This document shows positions 9,801 through 19,185 of a stretch of 64,000 nucleotides of DNA, piece by piece; position 1 is the first letter of the stretch; each line of letters opens with the position of its first letter. Source of the DNA: a virus. Lineage: Duplodnaviria > Caudoviricetes. The position numbers and the translations under genes were made by a program. The stretch covers positions 321-64,320 of IMG/VR virus record IMGVR_UViG_3300028591_002825. One strand, 5' to 3'. The notes under the pieces were generated by a model that was given only the letters and a program-made list of their open reading frames with translations, searched no databases and was not told the origin of the DNA.

Positions 9801-10943
9801 TGTGCCGCCACCGCCACCAGAACCACCACCAGAACCACCGCTACCAGAGTTAGAATCAGGGTTTTTAAGAATTTCTACATCATCAAAACCTGCAAGTGTA
9901 CGTTTATACTTCTCTGCGGATTTATTAGCTTTATTTGTAGAGTCAGATGTTTTATCAAGAGATGCGGCAAAGTCTGTTTGAACTGCCTTAGCTCTAATAA
10001 ACGATTTCTGACCAGTAAGCGCCGCAATTAACATTCCAACTTTTGTTACTGCTTCAGATACAATATTAATGAATGTCGTAAGAATAGGCGCAACAACATT
10101 TATAATAGGTGCAAACGCTGTAGCAAAAGCATTTTTAAGCTGGGTTAAAGAAGATATAAAATTAGATATAACTGTATTAAAAGCGGGAGAATATTGAGCT
10201 AAGTTACCAATACCTTCTCCAAGAGCTTTTCTCAGTTTTCTAAATAAGAAGTATACAGAGCGTATACCGAGACCATAACGAAGCAGTGTCGTAAAACCCG
10301 TTTTAAAGGCATTATTAGAGTCTTTAGTCTTTTTACCAATACCTGTAATTGCAGAGCCGAGAGATTTTAATTTATTAACAATTCCACCTGCAATAGATTT
10401 GGCAAGGTTTTTCGTCATATCACCCAGATGTTTAGCTGCGGCCTTAGCCGCACTACCAATTTTGCCTAATATAGTCTGTAATATTGCAATACCGCCTTTA
10501 GCAACAGTAGTACTAACTCTTGTAAGCGTAGCAAGAAATCTACCTAATCCATGATTCGCATTAAACACACCACCAAGAAAATCGCTCCAAACACCAAGGT
10601 TAGGACCTAAATCCTTAGCTTCTCTTGCACGTTCAGTGTATATAACCATCTGGTCGTTTACTGCTTTTAAGTCATTTAATACTCTGGCGTATTGTGCTCT
10701 CCATTCACCAGTATTAGTTTGTGTATTTCTTAATCTATCCAATTCACTGCGTAATTGGCTGATTCTATTATAGCCTTTATCAAGTGTTGCAAGCAAAGAT
10801 TTCGTAGATGTGGATAGTTTACCACTTGCTAAAGACCGGCCAAAAATACGTTCTATTCTTTGAGCCATTTTATTAGCAGTGTTGGTTATATCACCTTCAG
10901 TTAAATCTACTCGTAAGTTTATATCTGCATCGTGTTTTGCCAT
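6804..10943 (-). CDS. Tail tape measure protein
   Basis: 1379 aa, helical Ala/Gly-rich with W/F-periodic repeats; AGEAGAEAV motif near C-terminus. Confidence 0.92.
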   Translation of the reverse strand: MAKHDADINLRVDLTEGDITNTANKMAQRIERIFGRSLASGKLSTSTKSLLATLDKGYNRISQLRSELDRLRNTQTNTGEWRAQYARVLNDLKAVNDQMVIYTERAREAKDLGPNLGVWSDFLGGVFNANHGLGRFLATLTRVSTTVAKGGIAILQTILGKIGSAAKAAAKHLGDMTKNLAKSIAGGIVNKLKSLGSAITGIGKKTKDSNNAFKTGFTTLLRYGLGIRSVYFLFRKLRKALGEGIGNLAQYSPAFNTVISNFISSLTQLKNAFATAFAPIINVVAPILTTFINIVSEAVTKVGMLIAALTGQKSFIRAKAVQTDFAASLDKTSDSTNKANKSAEKYKRTLAGFDDVEILKNPDSNSGSGGSGGGSGGGGGTSPSNMFETVAMPSAFEDWAEKIKEAWANADFTELGQILGEKLATALDSIPWDTIKGYAGKFGKSFATFINGLMSVDEDGNSHLAQAIGRTIAEAINTVFTFANQFITNIDPKLVGNFFADLFNSAIKTIDWNLISNTLSEGINNIFSAFESFANKFDFSNLGTTIKDTVVNTLNGLDWTTIHGSVVSVATGLANFINNLFTEDAFSSIATTIARALNAVISSEKAFAIKLDAVKIGKAIGTSINNFFNTFNFESAGVTFGAIVDKLATALSTAIGTVKWQDVGADLQGFLKSVPWGELFGDVSKIAGEVAGALAGLVAGLFGGLPQAISDYFADKKNQYGGSILYGIIGGIGEAVENIARWIIDNIFKPFIDGFKEAFGIHSPASAPELIDAAKNIGLGILNGIAEPFINIAKWVKERILDPIMDAFDNADKTVGDILDFLKGGKETVVKTVKVTIKKIINKAGEAWEFVKSGAETIVKTVQTIFEKLGNWKDEAWSAFKSGKESVKKTVEAAFKKIGDWSSDAWNILKSGAETVKKTVETTFKKVGDWTGDAWSVFNSGTETVKKTVELVLTKIGDWSEDAWTLFKAGAETVKKTVQVAIEKANTWVDDAWNILKSGTETIVKTIQTVYEEASGNEANDMPENSEQNITTTITLKKHGWTTIANFVGTAVSVAISLWKNGWTKISEWIGNAVSVGISLWHNGWSSISKWVGTAVSVGIKLWKDGWSKLSKFVGTAVSVGIKLWKDGWKSISSWIGTKVSVGVKLWKDGWKSISSWIGTKVSVGVSLIKKGASWLWNLLHKARGGVFANGGWRSIAQYASGGVPNRGTMFVAGEAGAEAVGHINGRTEVLNQSQMAAVMYTAVLNGTASLMKTITGHMTICTNTVIANIGSLLSAVNFTTSQIYDITNLVNRLNVGLTDIVNGKVVPTKMSGDNAELMRALNTIIQNQNNVVTRSEIQEILTDAFRRYMNIDFYLGDEQVARHANAGNLKLNRRYGTV
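7440..8420 (-). repeat. Coding tandem repeats in tape measure (about 22-aa GTAVSVGIKLWKDGW units and about 29-aa AWxxFKSGxETVKKTV units)
   Basis: Visible in translation; near-exact 66-bp DNA duplication at about 7457-7575. Confidence 0.85.
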
Positions 10944-10945
10944 AA

Positions 10946-11539
10946 TTAGTCACCCTGATTCCACAGCTCGTTAAATAGTGCTTCTGCTTCTTTATCTTCT
11001 GCGGTACTGCTATCCCAAACAAAGTATTGAGGATTTTGTTGCTTAAACTCTCGTTCGTGAGATTCAAGTTTTTTACCACGCATGAGTTTATCACGAATTG
11101 TCACTACTGTATTTAGTAAACATTCACCTATTGCGCTATAGTAACCCATGAATGTCCACCAATGTATATAAGGCTCTGCACGAATTTCTATACCTGCTAC
11201 TCTATTTATTGCAGAGCAAATAAGCTGAGAGTCCAAATCCCAATCTATAAGTTTATACGGCACTTTTCGTGCATTTTCTCCAGCTGAACCACAATTAAAG
11301 AATTTGAACATTTCTGTTATTGCAGTTTCTAAATTTGGTATTGATTGTATATCTGCTAAATCATTTAAATCCTCATAAAAAATAATGAGACCAGCGAACA
11401 ATCTTTCCTCTGTATTCAGCTCTGCATCGTTTAATGCCGAAAAACAGTCTAAGACCATTCGATAGTCTCCATTATTTCGGATTTTAAATTGTTTACCATC
11501 TATATCAATCGAAGTTGGTATAGTGTACATAGTAATCAA
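10946..11539 (-). CDS. A118 Gp15-like tail assembly protein
   Basis: IRNNGDYR, D..LI..AINRVAG.E.R..PY.HWWTF motifs; position before tape measure. Confidence 0.8.
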   Translation of the reverse strand: MITMYTIPTSIDIDGKQFKIRNNGDYRMVLDCFSALNDAELNTEERLFAGLIIFYEDLNDLADIQSIPNLETAITEMFKFFNCGSAGENARKVPYKLIDWDLDSQLICSAINRVAGIEIRAEPYIHWWTFMGYYSAIGECLLNTVVTIRDKLMRGKKLESHEREFKQQNPQYFVWDSSTAEDKEAEALFNELWNQGD

Positions 11540-12019
11540 TTATTTCCTTGTATATTTATTTGTATGCTTTTTGACGTTCTTTGACATTTTTTTAAACTCA
11601 TCAGTAAAGTTCTTATCATAGACGGCTAAGAACTTTTCAATGATATGTTCAAATCTGAACTGACCATTTATAGGGTCTGCCATTGTGCCGTCATCTGCAC
11701 ATACTTCTGAAACATTGGCTTGGAAGATAAAGTCGATTAACTCTCGCATTTCAGTGTCTAAAACTTGCAGAGTTTTAACAATCTCTTCATCCTCAATGCC
11801 ATTAGCTTCAGTTTCTGCCTTAGACTCTTCTTCTTGCAGATTATACTTATTTGCTAATGATACTAACCTGTCATACGCTTCTTGTAAGCGTGTAATGACA
11901 CCCATATCAGACACATTTATCTCAATGATTTTAGTATCGTCACCGTTAATTCTTATACGCTTTTTTCTAAGCGCCGACAGGTCAATATCAATAACGTTGT
12001 TTTCAAGTGTGTTTCCCAT
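11540..12019 (-). CDS. Tail assembly chaperone (A118 Gp14-like)
   Basis: 159 aa acidic, between tail tube gene and Gp15-like gene. Confidence 0.65.
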   Translation of the reverse strand: MGNTLENNVIDIDLSALRKKRIRINGDDTKIIEINVSDMGVITRLQEAYDRLVSLANKYNLQEEESKAETEANGIEDEEIVKTLQVLDTEMRELIDFIFQANVSEVCADDGTMADPINGQFRFEHIIEKFLAVYDKNFTDEFKKMSKNVKKHTNKYTRK

Positions 12020-12044
12020 ATTTTCTCCTTTGAATCAAATTTAA

Positions 12045-12572
12045 TTAATCGGGAGTGAATACAAAATCATCACTCAGCTTATCAACTGTACCAGTAGTAA
12101 TATTATTACTGTAGTATACAGAGATAGGGAAGTTGACGTTCGCATCACCGCCGATGCTATTGTAAGCGATTGTACAATTAGTATGTTTCTCAGCGGCATA
12201 TCCATTTGTCGCATCACCAATAAACGCTGTGATGATATAGACAGTGAACTGGTCAAGTTCACTGATAGCGTTTCTACGTCTAATATCATTCAGCTTAGCC
12301 GCAAGTTGAGAGCCGCCGAGAATAAGGAACGGGTCGAAATCCTGCTGAGGTTGAGTTCTGTTAATATCAGTGTAGTTGATACCAAGAATATCAGTGGTAG
12401 TCTCAATATCTGCATTATAGTCGATAGAAGAATCCTCAGTTCTACGACCAAGAATTTCTCTTACCGGTGTATTACTACTACCACTACCACTCTCTGTCCA
12501 CTCCGCAACAGTAATAAGCAGTTTACGCTCGGCTCTTTGGTACGTAGGAAGATTTATAGGAGCAACAGCCAT
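12045..12572 (-). CDS. Major tail (tube) protein
   Basis: MAVAP start after GGAGG; E.LG..TEDSSIDYN.D.ET..DILG motif of A118/SPP1-type tail tubes. Confidence 0.8.
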   Translation of the reverse strand: MAVAPINLPTYQRAERKLLITVAEWTESGSGSSNTPVREILGRRTEDSSIDYNADIETTTDILGINYTDINRTQPQQDFDPFLILGGSQLAAKLNDIRRRNAISELDQFTVYIITAFIGDATNGYAAEKHTNCTIAYNSIGGDANVNFPISVYYSNNITTGTVDKLSDDFVFTPD

Positions 12573-12577
12573 TTGAA

Positions 12578-13060
12578 TTACCTCCAAATTAATTTACTTA
12601 TATCAAGGTACTTTATTTGAATAGACGTGGAATATACAGCAAGTGGAGGGGATACTTGTTCATCAATCCCTTCAAACTTTGGCTCCTCTGTAGTAGTGCT
12701 TATAGAATCTATAACGCAATCTTCGCCAAAATCAGGAAAATTCCTCAGCTCGTTTTGTTCTGCTATCCACTCTATGAGTTTTTGAATATCTGACATATCT
12801 GACAGATTTTCGTTCTCATATCCTGGCATTTTTACAACAGCAATATCTGCCGCAGATTTGAATGTCAGTATAGTAAAAGTATAAAGTTTTCCAACACTGC
12901 CGTCAATATAGTTTTGGTTAGTGTATGTATCAGTGGATTCAGTAAAGAACTGATTAGTGTCATCTTTTGCATTTATGAAGTTGAAGTATAACGGACTATT
13001 AAGAATAGTCGGGCATGTAATAATATAATCTATTACAGCTTGATTCTTATTTGTTGCCAC
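12578..13060 (-). CDS. Tail terminator / neck protein
   Basis: 160 aa, synteny between neck genes and major tail protein. Confidence 0.6.
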   Translation of the reverse strand: MATNKNQAVIDYIITCPTILNSPLYFNFINAKDDTNQFFTESTDTYTNQNYIDGSVGKLYTFTILTFKSAADIAVVKMPGYENENLSDMSDIQKLIEWIAEQNELRNFPDFGEDCVIDSISTTTEEPKFEGIDEQVSPPLAVYSTSIQIKYLDISKLIWR

Positions 13061-13466
13061 GTTCTATCTCCTCTACTACAACAGATGCCGCATAATCAGC
13101 TAATTCTTCAAATCCAGGCGAACCAGGCATTATTTCTTCTGTCCAGTTAGATTTAGTACCAGGTGTTGTTCTTTTCCAGTTGCTATCATCTGCATCGTGC
13201 TGATAACTTGCATATTGAAATGTTTTACCGATACTCGGATGTCCCCAAACTAACTGTGTAGCTCTTGATGTTTGTCGTACATAGGCACTATCACGTAAGT
13301 CACCGCTTTTCATAGGTACATACGGTGTTACAATTTCGATAGCTCTATTGCCAATTATGCGCATAACATCTGGATTTTTAGTAAGTGCAATAATCGGTTT
13401 TTGCACCCGTTCTTTCACTGCACTTCTAATATCCCTTGCATAAACTCTAATGCGAACTTCTGCCAT
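13047..13466 (-). CDS. Tail completion protein (A118 Minor_capsid_2-like)
   Basis: YVPMKSGDLRDS and YASYQH..TTPGT..NW motifs. Confidence 0.7.
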   Translation of the reverse strand: MAEVRIRVYARDIRSAVKERVQKPIIALTKNPDVMRIIGNRAIEIVTPYVPMKSGDLRDSAYVRQTSRATQLVWGHPSIGKTFQYASYQHDADDSNWKRTTPGTKSNWTEEIMPGSPGFEELADYAASVVVEEIERGNK

Positions 13467-13468
13467 GA

Positions 13469-13912
13469 TTATTTACCGCGGGCATAATAGTGTTCATTCC
13501 CTCTATGACCAGTATTGTTAGACCACTGTTGTATTTCCATACAACCTTGTAATCCTTTATACTTTCTCAGTAAATCAGAAGAACGATGCCCTGATGCATA
13601 CTCATTTATATCATCTGTTACTTCGCCCTTTACAATAATATCTCCTTCACCTAATGTAAAATAGTTACCCATCTCATCATTAGGTTTAGCAATCCAATCT
13701 TGCTTTTCTAAGAACATATCATTCTTGGGTATTCTACAGATAATACTGTTTGTATCTAATACAACGTTACCTATAACAACTTTGTTGCCTGTAGCTTGCC
13801 AAAAATTGTTGTGCAGAACAGTTTTATGCCATGTGACAACTTGTGTTTGTGGGTCCTCAAATTTGTTAAAAACTGTAATTGTAGTATCCCACCAAGGTCC
13901 GAAACTATTCAC
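13469..13912 (-). CDS. Head-closure / head-tail joining protein
   Basis: TITVFNK..W..TVL..FW..T pattern; probable GTG start overlapping previous stop. Confidence 0.6.
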   Translation of the reverse strand: MNSFGPWWDTTITVFNKFEDPQTQVVTWHKTVLHNNFWQATGNKVVIGNVVLDTNSIICRIPKNDMFLEKQDWIAKPNDEMGNYFTLGEGDIIVKGEVTDDINEYASGHRSSDLLRKYKGLQGCMEIQQWSNNTGHRGNEHYYARGK

Positions 13913-14327
13913 CTGGATACAACCCCCTAAACAACACCTTTCGACCAAGTGAGTCTTTCACATCTTGTAAATACATTTTTATGGTATTGTCAAGCTGTGT
14001 TTTAAGCACTCGCATTGCCATGTTACCAGTTATAACGTTATATGTTGAAGATACACCATCATTAGACTGGTGAGCCATTAAGCCGGCTTTGACGTTTCCA
14101 TCTTCGTCAACTGCATCAACCATAAGCACTTTCTGTTGTTTGTCTAATAGCTCTATGAGTTTATACATACAACGCTTTACTGCTTCTGGATACGATGCTT
14201 CATTTTTAAGTCTACCGAATGTCCACCAGTCTATTTGAGCCCGTGCTTCAAACTCTAACTGTTCAAAGGCGGTTTCTTCTAAATCTACCCCGCCCATTTC
14301 AATATATTCGTCATAAGTGAGATACAT
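13905..14327 (-). CDS. Head-tail connector (adaptor)
   Basis: MYLTYDEY..MGG..F..LE..AR..ID..TFGRL motif; follows capsid gene. Confidence 0.75.
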   Translation of the reverse strand: MYLTYDEYIEMGGVDLEETAFEQLEFEARAQIDWWTFGRLKNEASYPEAVKRCMYKLIELLDKQQKVLMVDAVDEDGNVKAGLMAHQSNDGVSSTYNVITGNMAMRVLKTQLDNTIKMYLQDVKDSLGRKVLFRGLYPGE

Positions 14328-14352
14328 TAGAAGTCACCGCCTTTGTTAAAAA

Positions 14353-15570
14353 TCAGCCCTTAGAGAGAATACGTGCAATCGGAATAGCTTTCAGATTGAT
14401 GTACTTCTTATTAGTACCACCAGTATTAACAAGCTCCCAGTTACTGCCAGTAGCAAGTTCTGCGTCTGTAGGAGACAGAGTTGAGATATTGTTGATACCA
14501 ACGAAGGAGATACCGTAAGGAGACCAGCACTTTCTCTGTCTGCTATACAGAGTGTCTTGACCACCATTGGTCTTGGGGTCACGACTCATTTCAGCAGGAA
14601 CTTTTGCACCACAGTTAGTATATTCAATAGCGCCATCGCCGAAGAGATATGTGACGTAAATAGAGTCGCCGTTACCAGTCTTTTCATAATATGTTGCAAT
14701 AGCAGAATCGACAGGATTCTCTACAACAGTGTAGACGTAGTTACCAGAAGTGCCTGTACGAGTGTAATAAGTCTTACCTGCTGTAACAGCAGTATCAGAA
14801 GTAGCACTGAAAGTAGCTGTAGACTGGTCTTCCATAACAGGCATAGAATCGTCAACGATAACGAGCTTACCATTGAGAGTAGCCATACCAGTTTCTCTCT
14901 GCATACCGTTCTCATCGTTGTACAGCAGATAGGTGAGAATACGCAGGTTCTCAAGGTTAGTAGCTACTGCGGAGTGCATAATAGCAAGAGAGAATTTACT
15001 CTTGTGGTCACCACAAGCCTTCTGAATAGCAGTGTTGACAGTAGTACCATCCATAAAGCCAACATCACCATTTTGATTGGCTACAGTGGTAATATCATGG
15101 GTGTGAGTAGAAACAAATCTTGCACCCTCAGTGTCACTCATGGAGAAAACACCAGTGAGAATTGCAACGATTGTAGCTTGGTCGACTTCATCCCAATACT
15201 CAGCAACCTGCTGGGCAACGTTCTCCATGAAATCGACACCACCGGTGATGTCGTAGGAGAAGTCCTTCTCAGTCCATGCCTGTGCACGACCAGCAACTAC
15301 ACGGCTGTGCGAGAAAGTCTGAGTGGTTTGGGATGTAATATTAGTAACACCGTCGTAGTTCAGCGGAACAGAACCACTGATGAGACCCTTCAGAGGAGTA
15401 GTAATATAGTTACCACCGACTTGGTCTGCCATCGCACCAGCAAGGTCTTGACGAGAAACAATAGCACGAGACTTTAACAGCTCGTTCAGTTTCAGATTCG
15501 GAACACGGTCAACGTATTTCTGGAATACTTCGCCGTTAAATATTTTACTATCAAATTGGGGATTAGGCAT
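14353..15570 (-). CDS. Major capsid protein
   Basis: 405 aa, FDSKIFN.EVF..Y; DPKTNGGQD.LYSRQR motif; follows scaffold; high-expression codon bias. Confidence 0.88.
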   Translation of the reverse strand: MPNPQFDSKIFNGEVFQKYVDRVPNLKLNELLKSRAIVSRQDLAGAMADQVGGNYITTPLKGLISGSVPLNYDGVTNITSQTTQTFSHSRVVAGRAQAWTEKDFSYDITGGVDFMENVAQQVAEYWDEVDQATIVAILTGVFSMSDTEGARFVSTHTHDITTVANQNGDVGFMDGTTVNTAIQKACGDHKSKFSLAIMHSAVATNLENLRILTYLLYNDENGMQRETGMATLNGKLVIVDDSMPVMEDQSTATFSATSDTAVTAGKTYYTRTGTSGNYVYTVVENPVDSAIATYYEKTGNGDSIYVTYLFGDGAIEYTNCGAKVPAEMSRDPKTNGGQDTLYSRQRKCWSPYGISFVGINNISTLSPTDAELATGSNWELVNTGGTNKKYINLKAIPIARILSKG

Positions 15571-15587
15571 TGAAATTTACCTCCAAA

Positions 15588-16244
15588 TTAGAAATTAATT
15601 ACTGCATCAGGATGCTCATTTTTCATTTGCATCAACTGTGTTAACGTAGGCTTGGGTGGTGCAGAAGTACTTGTAGGCTGAATAAATGTAGGAACTGGAG
15701 CGGGTGCAGGAGCTGGAGTTTCAACTGCAAAAGCATCTGGGTCGCTCTGTGCGTAAATAGCTTTGAAATCATCTGCGCCAATCAGTTTACCATCTTCAAA
15801 TTGAAGTTTCTTGGCAATCATCTGATTCTTAAAATCGTTCTTTGCCGCTTTGCTTGTAAACTTCTGACCATTTACATATTCCGTTACAGCAAATTCATAT
15901 GCCTGCTGTCTAAGCTGTCTCTGATACTGCTTTGTCTCAGTATCATACTTCTGTTGGAGACTGGCTAAATCTTGTGACGCCTGTTTTAAAGCACTAATAT
16001 CACCAGCTTCATCAAGCGTCTGTCGTAAAGTTGCAAGGTCTTGGTCACGAGTCTGAATCGTTGAGTTCAGAGTGGTAATCTGTGTATCACGGGTAGAAAC
16101 ATCATCATCATATTTCTGCTTCGACACATATTGACCTTCCGTTAAATCAACGAATTTCGCTGTGCCCATTGCGGCTTGAAACTGCTCCCATGTGAGTGTT
16201 CCATTTTCAGCTTTGTCAAATATTTCCTTGACTGTCATTTTCAA
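15588..16244 (-). CDS. Capsid scaffolding protein
   Basis: Coiled coil, YVSKQKYDD motif, Pro-rich C-terminus, upstream of capsid. Confidence 0.8.
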   Translation of the reverse strand: MKMTVKEIFDKAENGTLTWEQFQAAMGTAKFVDLTEGQYVSKQKYDDDVSTRDTQITTLNSTIQTRDQDLATLRQTLDEAGDISALKQASQDLASLQQKYDTETKQYQRQLRQQAYEFAVTEYVNGQKFTSKAAKNDFKNQMIAKKLQFEDGKLIGADDFKAIYAQSDPDAFAVETPAPAPAPVPTFIQPTSTSAPPKPTLTQLMQMKNEHPDAVINF

Positions 16245-16437
16245 TTCTCCTTATACATTCTTTTATATCTGTTACTTGTATATCCGCATTACAGTTTGCG
16301 GAGAATGTGCGTTCTTTAAACGTCTTTACGCCAGACAAGTTCTCATTAATCTATGGAGAGTGCATGGGAGTACTGTATGCACTCTCCACAAACCAAGGAG
16401 AAAATATGAAAACCAGGTACCCCTCGTACCTAACTTC

Positions 16438-16466
16438 ATTATATTACAAATTTTTACATTTGTAAA
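16438..16466 (-). promoter_or_regulatory. Sigma-A type promoter for scaffold/capsid transcript
   Basis: TTTACA-17bp-TATAAT. Confidence 0.7.
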
Positions 16467-16475
16467 CATTTTTGA

Positions 16476-18236
16476 TTAATTTTTACTACCAGAATTGTTC
16501 TCTTTCTTCATTTTTGTTTCATCAGATGTTTTTATTTTGTTATCAGGATTTTGGCCATTCATAACACGATTGTTTAAATCATACTGATTCATCATAGCCA
16601 TTTGTTGATTTTGCTGTTGTTCAGAATCAATTTGAGCAAGTGCCTCTCTTGCCTGACGCTCAGTCTCACCAAAGTACCACATTCTGTTCTCAACTTTACT
16701 TGCAAGACCATTCTGCATTAACAGTATGCGCTTTTCAAGCTCTTCATCAGCATCGACCATAATACTATCATCCCACTCAAAGGATACATCATAATCACCC
16801 TTTGGCGTAATATTATAGAGGTCTGCATATACGTTCATAATATAGATAGTATCTCGTAATGCTTCTTCTATTGCTTTCTGAATATCCTGGTTTGTCTGAT
16901 AACTTCTTTGTTTAAGAATCCTTAATTCTGTAGCAGTACGAGCTACATCTGCCGCATCAGAAAGTGTGCCCCTACTAATGCCACAAGTATCTTCAATACG
17001 CATGAGTACAGTATTGAGACCATTGATATAGTTTGTATCACGTAATGGCGGTGCAAATGGCTGATAAGTGTCAGACGAAGAACCAAGGTCAATTTTACGG
17101 TACAGACGTTCCTGTAACATTGTGAGTCTCGTGTGGTCGTTGCCATTAGCATCATCAACTTTTAATGCATCTCTATCAATATCTATTGCAAGTGCGCCAC
17201 CTTCATATTCCCAAAGAAGCGTGGAGTAAATATAATCAGCGTTCTTTATGAGTTTTATAGCACGAGCAAATCCAGAAACACCAAGCGGACTCTTAGTGTC
17301 AATGATATTTGCATCGGGCATTCTGAAATATGCGAACAAAGGTTTTGTCACATCTTTGATAGTTGTAATTGGCTGAAAATCTTTCCACTCAGGAACTTCT
17401 TGCAGAGAAATCTCTTTGCCAAGATTGCTTAAAGACAGCTCTCCTGTATTAGAAGTTGACCTATACGCTTTATTTACAACTGTAACAACATTATTATCCC
17501 ACTTGTGATATTCAAGCCTGTGATATGTCACAGCTTTATCCTGCTTTGTCTGTATAAACGCCGCTTCTGTGATTTTACCAGCTGGTGTAAAAGCAAGGGG
17601 ATAAAATGAATCTGCTTGTACAAATTCAAAATCAATCTCTGTAGTGGGCTTAATATCAGACTTTACAGTATACGAATTATCATTCTCATCGGGCAGTGCA
17701 TTAGTGACAATGTACGGCTTTATTACAAGACCGCCCTTTGCAATACCGTATTCAATTTGTTTACGTAACTGCTTACGTAATTTTGCATACTGCCGTTCAA
17801 GATACTCAGCTCTTTGTGTGTCGCCAACTGGACGCTCCTCTGTCTTAGTCTTAGGCGGTTCAATCGCAGGAATAGGAAATTTCTCACCATCCATATCAGT
17901 AGCATACTTCTTTTCGCCAGGATAATCTGGATTAGGTACTTCTACTTCTTCTGTAGGTGTAGATATTTCAGACTCAAATTCAAGTAATGCGAGTCGGGCT
18001 TTTTCACTTGCAATCAGAGTAGCAAGGCCTAAACTTGCAACACGAACCGGATTATTTGCATCAGGCTCATGTAACCAAGGTGCATTATCTTTATACATAT
18101 CTGACCACAGATGAATAGCTTCTTCCATTTGTGGTGAAATTGCGTAGTTTAAATTTAATTCTTTCTCAATGTCCTTACTGCTTATCATTCCAAGCATCTC
18201 CCTTAACTTCGCTATTATTGTATTCCATACGGACAT
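16476..18236 (-). CDS. Portal protein (A118/SPP1-like)
   Basis: 586 aa; EYGIAKGGLVIKPY, SPLGVS.FARA, WDDSI..D motifs. Confidence 0.88.
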   Translation of the reverse strand: MSVWNTIIAKLREMLGMISSKDIEKELNLNYAISPQMEEAIHLWSDMYKDNAPWLHEPDANNPVRVASLGLATLIASEKARLALLEFESEISTPTEEVEVPNPDYPGEKKYATDMDGEKFPIPAIEPPKTKTEERPVGDTQRAEYLERQYAKLRKQLRKQIEYGIAKGGLVIKPYIVTNALPDENDNSYTVKSDIKPTTEIDFEFVQADSFYPLAFTPAGKITEAAFIQTKQDKAVTYHRLEYHKWDNNVVTVVNKAYRSTSNTGELSLSNLGKEISLQEVPEWKDFQPITTIKDVTKPLFAYFRMPDANIIDTKSPLGVSGFARAIKLIKNADYIYSTLLWEYEGGALAIDIDRDALKVDDANGNDHTRLTMLQERLYRKIDLGSSSDTYQPFAPPLRDTNYINGLNTVLMRIEDTCGISRGTLSDAADVARTATELRILKQRSYQTNQDIQKAIEEALRDTIYIMNVYADLYNITPKGDYDVSFEWDDSIMVDADEELEKRILLMQNGLASKVENRMWYFGETERQAREALAQIDSEQQQNQQMAMMNQYDLNNRVMNGQNPDNKIKTSDETKMKKENNSGSKN

Positions 18237-18520
18237 TATCTCTTCCTCTTCTTACGGCGTTTAATTTCTCTATCAGTGGTCTTAAAGCCCGCAGATGCCG
18301 CTATTCTGTTAGCGTCTTTAACAGAATGTGCGCGGAATGTTCTTGTAACTTCAACGCCGTTAACAACTCGTGTAAATGTGTACGACTTAACATCAGAACC
18401 TTTAAATTCACGTTTAGTGCTTTGACCGCCGCCTAAGCCTTCAGTTCTATTACCTGCTGTGTTAGGATTAGGCTCTCGCTTAACGAGTTGATACTTTCCA
18501 CCGCTATTACTTTTAGCCAT
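18236..18520 (-). CDS. Small basic hypothetical protein
   Basis: 94 aa Lys/Arg-rich, coupled to neighbours. Confidence 0.6.
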   Translation of the reverse strand: MAKSNSGGKYQLVKREPNPNTAGNRTEGLGGGQSTKREFKGSDVKSYTFTRVVNGVEVTRTFRAHSVKDANRIAASAGFKTTDREIKRRKKRKR

Positions 18521-19176
18521 TATACTGCCACCTTTGTACTAATCAATCTCTTGTGTACAATATTGCCCTTCAACTCTTTTGATAAATCTTTTCCATATAA
18601 CAATATGCACTCTGGTTGTAAAGTATCAATTACAAAATCCCAATTATTTTTTAACGATTGCCATTTTGCCCATCGACCCTCACCCATTGTAGATATTGCG
18701 ATTATACTGTGTTTAGGTATGCCATCAAGACAATATTGTAAACTATCTGCATCACTCCATGTTACTGTTGGTATTACAGTAATACCATTATCTTGCCAAA
18801 ATCTACCGCACCAACGATTTCTATACACATTAAATATTTTCAATGCTCTTGGCATATTAGCGTATGGACTAAAATCTGGAGAAAGTACGAATTTGAATCT
18901 ACTTAATATTGAAAGATACCTATCAGGGTAATTCCACACTCGTTCAAACTGATAATCGTGCAAAAAGAAATGAACACCTATGTTTTCTGGATTCTTCTCT
19001 TTTAGCGCATAATTAAATCCTTGAAGCGGTGTGCTTTCAATATCTTCTATGTGTACTGGTAACATTTTTGGTATTTCAAATTTGCCATCACTTTCTTCTT
19101 TATAGTTGCCATATACCATGTTCAAGACATTTTGTTCTAATATTCTTGTTTGCTGTTTACCGTTGTCGTATTGCAT
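18520..19176 (-). CDS. DUF4417-like protein
   Basis: VHFFLHDYQFERVWN.P..Y, LSPDFS.Y, RNRWCG..WQ..GI.VIPTVTW motifs. Confidence 0.8.
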   Translation of the reverse strand: MQYDNGKQQTRILEQNVLNMVYGNYKEESDGKFEIPKMLPVHIEDIESTPLQGFNYALKEKNPENIGVHFFLHDYQFERVWNYPDRYLSILSRFKFVLSPDFSPYANMPRALKIFNVYRNRWCGRFWQDNGITVIPTVTWSDADSLQYCLDGIPKHSIIAISTMGEGRWAKWQSLKNNWDFVIDTLQPECILLYGKDLSKELKGNIVHKRLISTKVAV

Positions 19177-19185
19177 ATTTTCCCC

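Noticed and set aside
10946-12019. Programmed frameshift between tail chaperone genes
   Set aside because: No clear XXXYYYZ slippery site near the first stop; the second gene has its own start.
14557-15477. Long plus-strand ORF (also 26828..27490, 27849..28550 and 23843..24430 on the opposite strand)
   Set aside because: Antisense shadows of codon-biased genes; no RBS and no protein-like composition.
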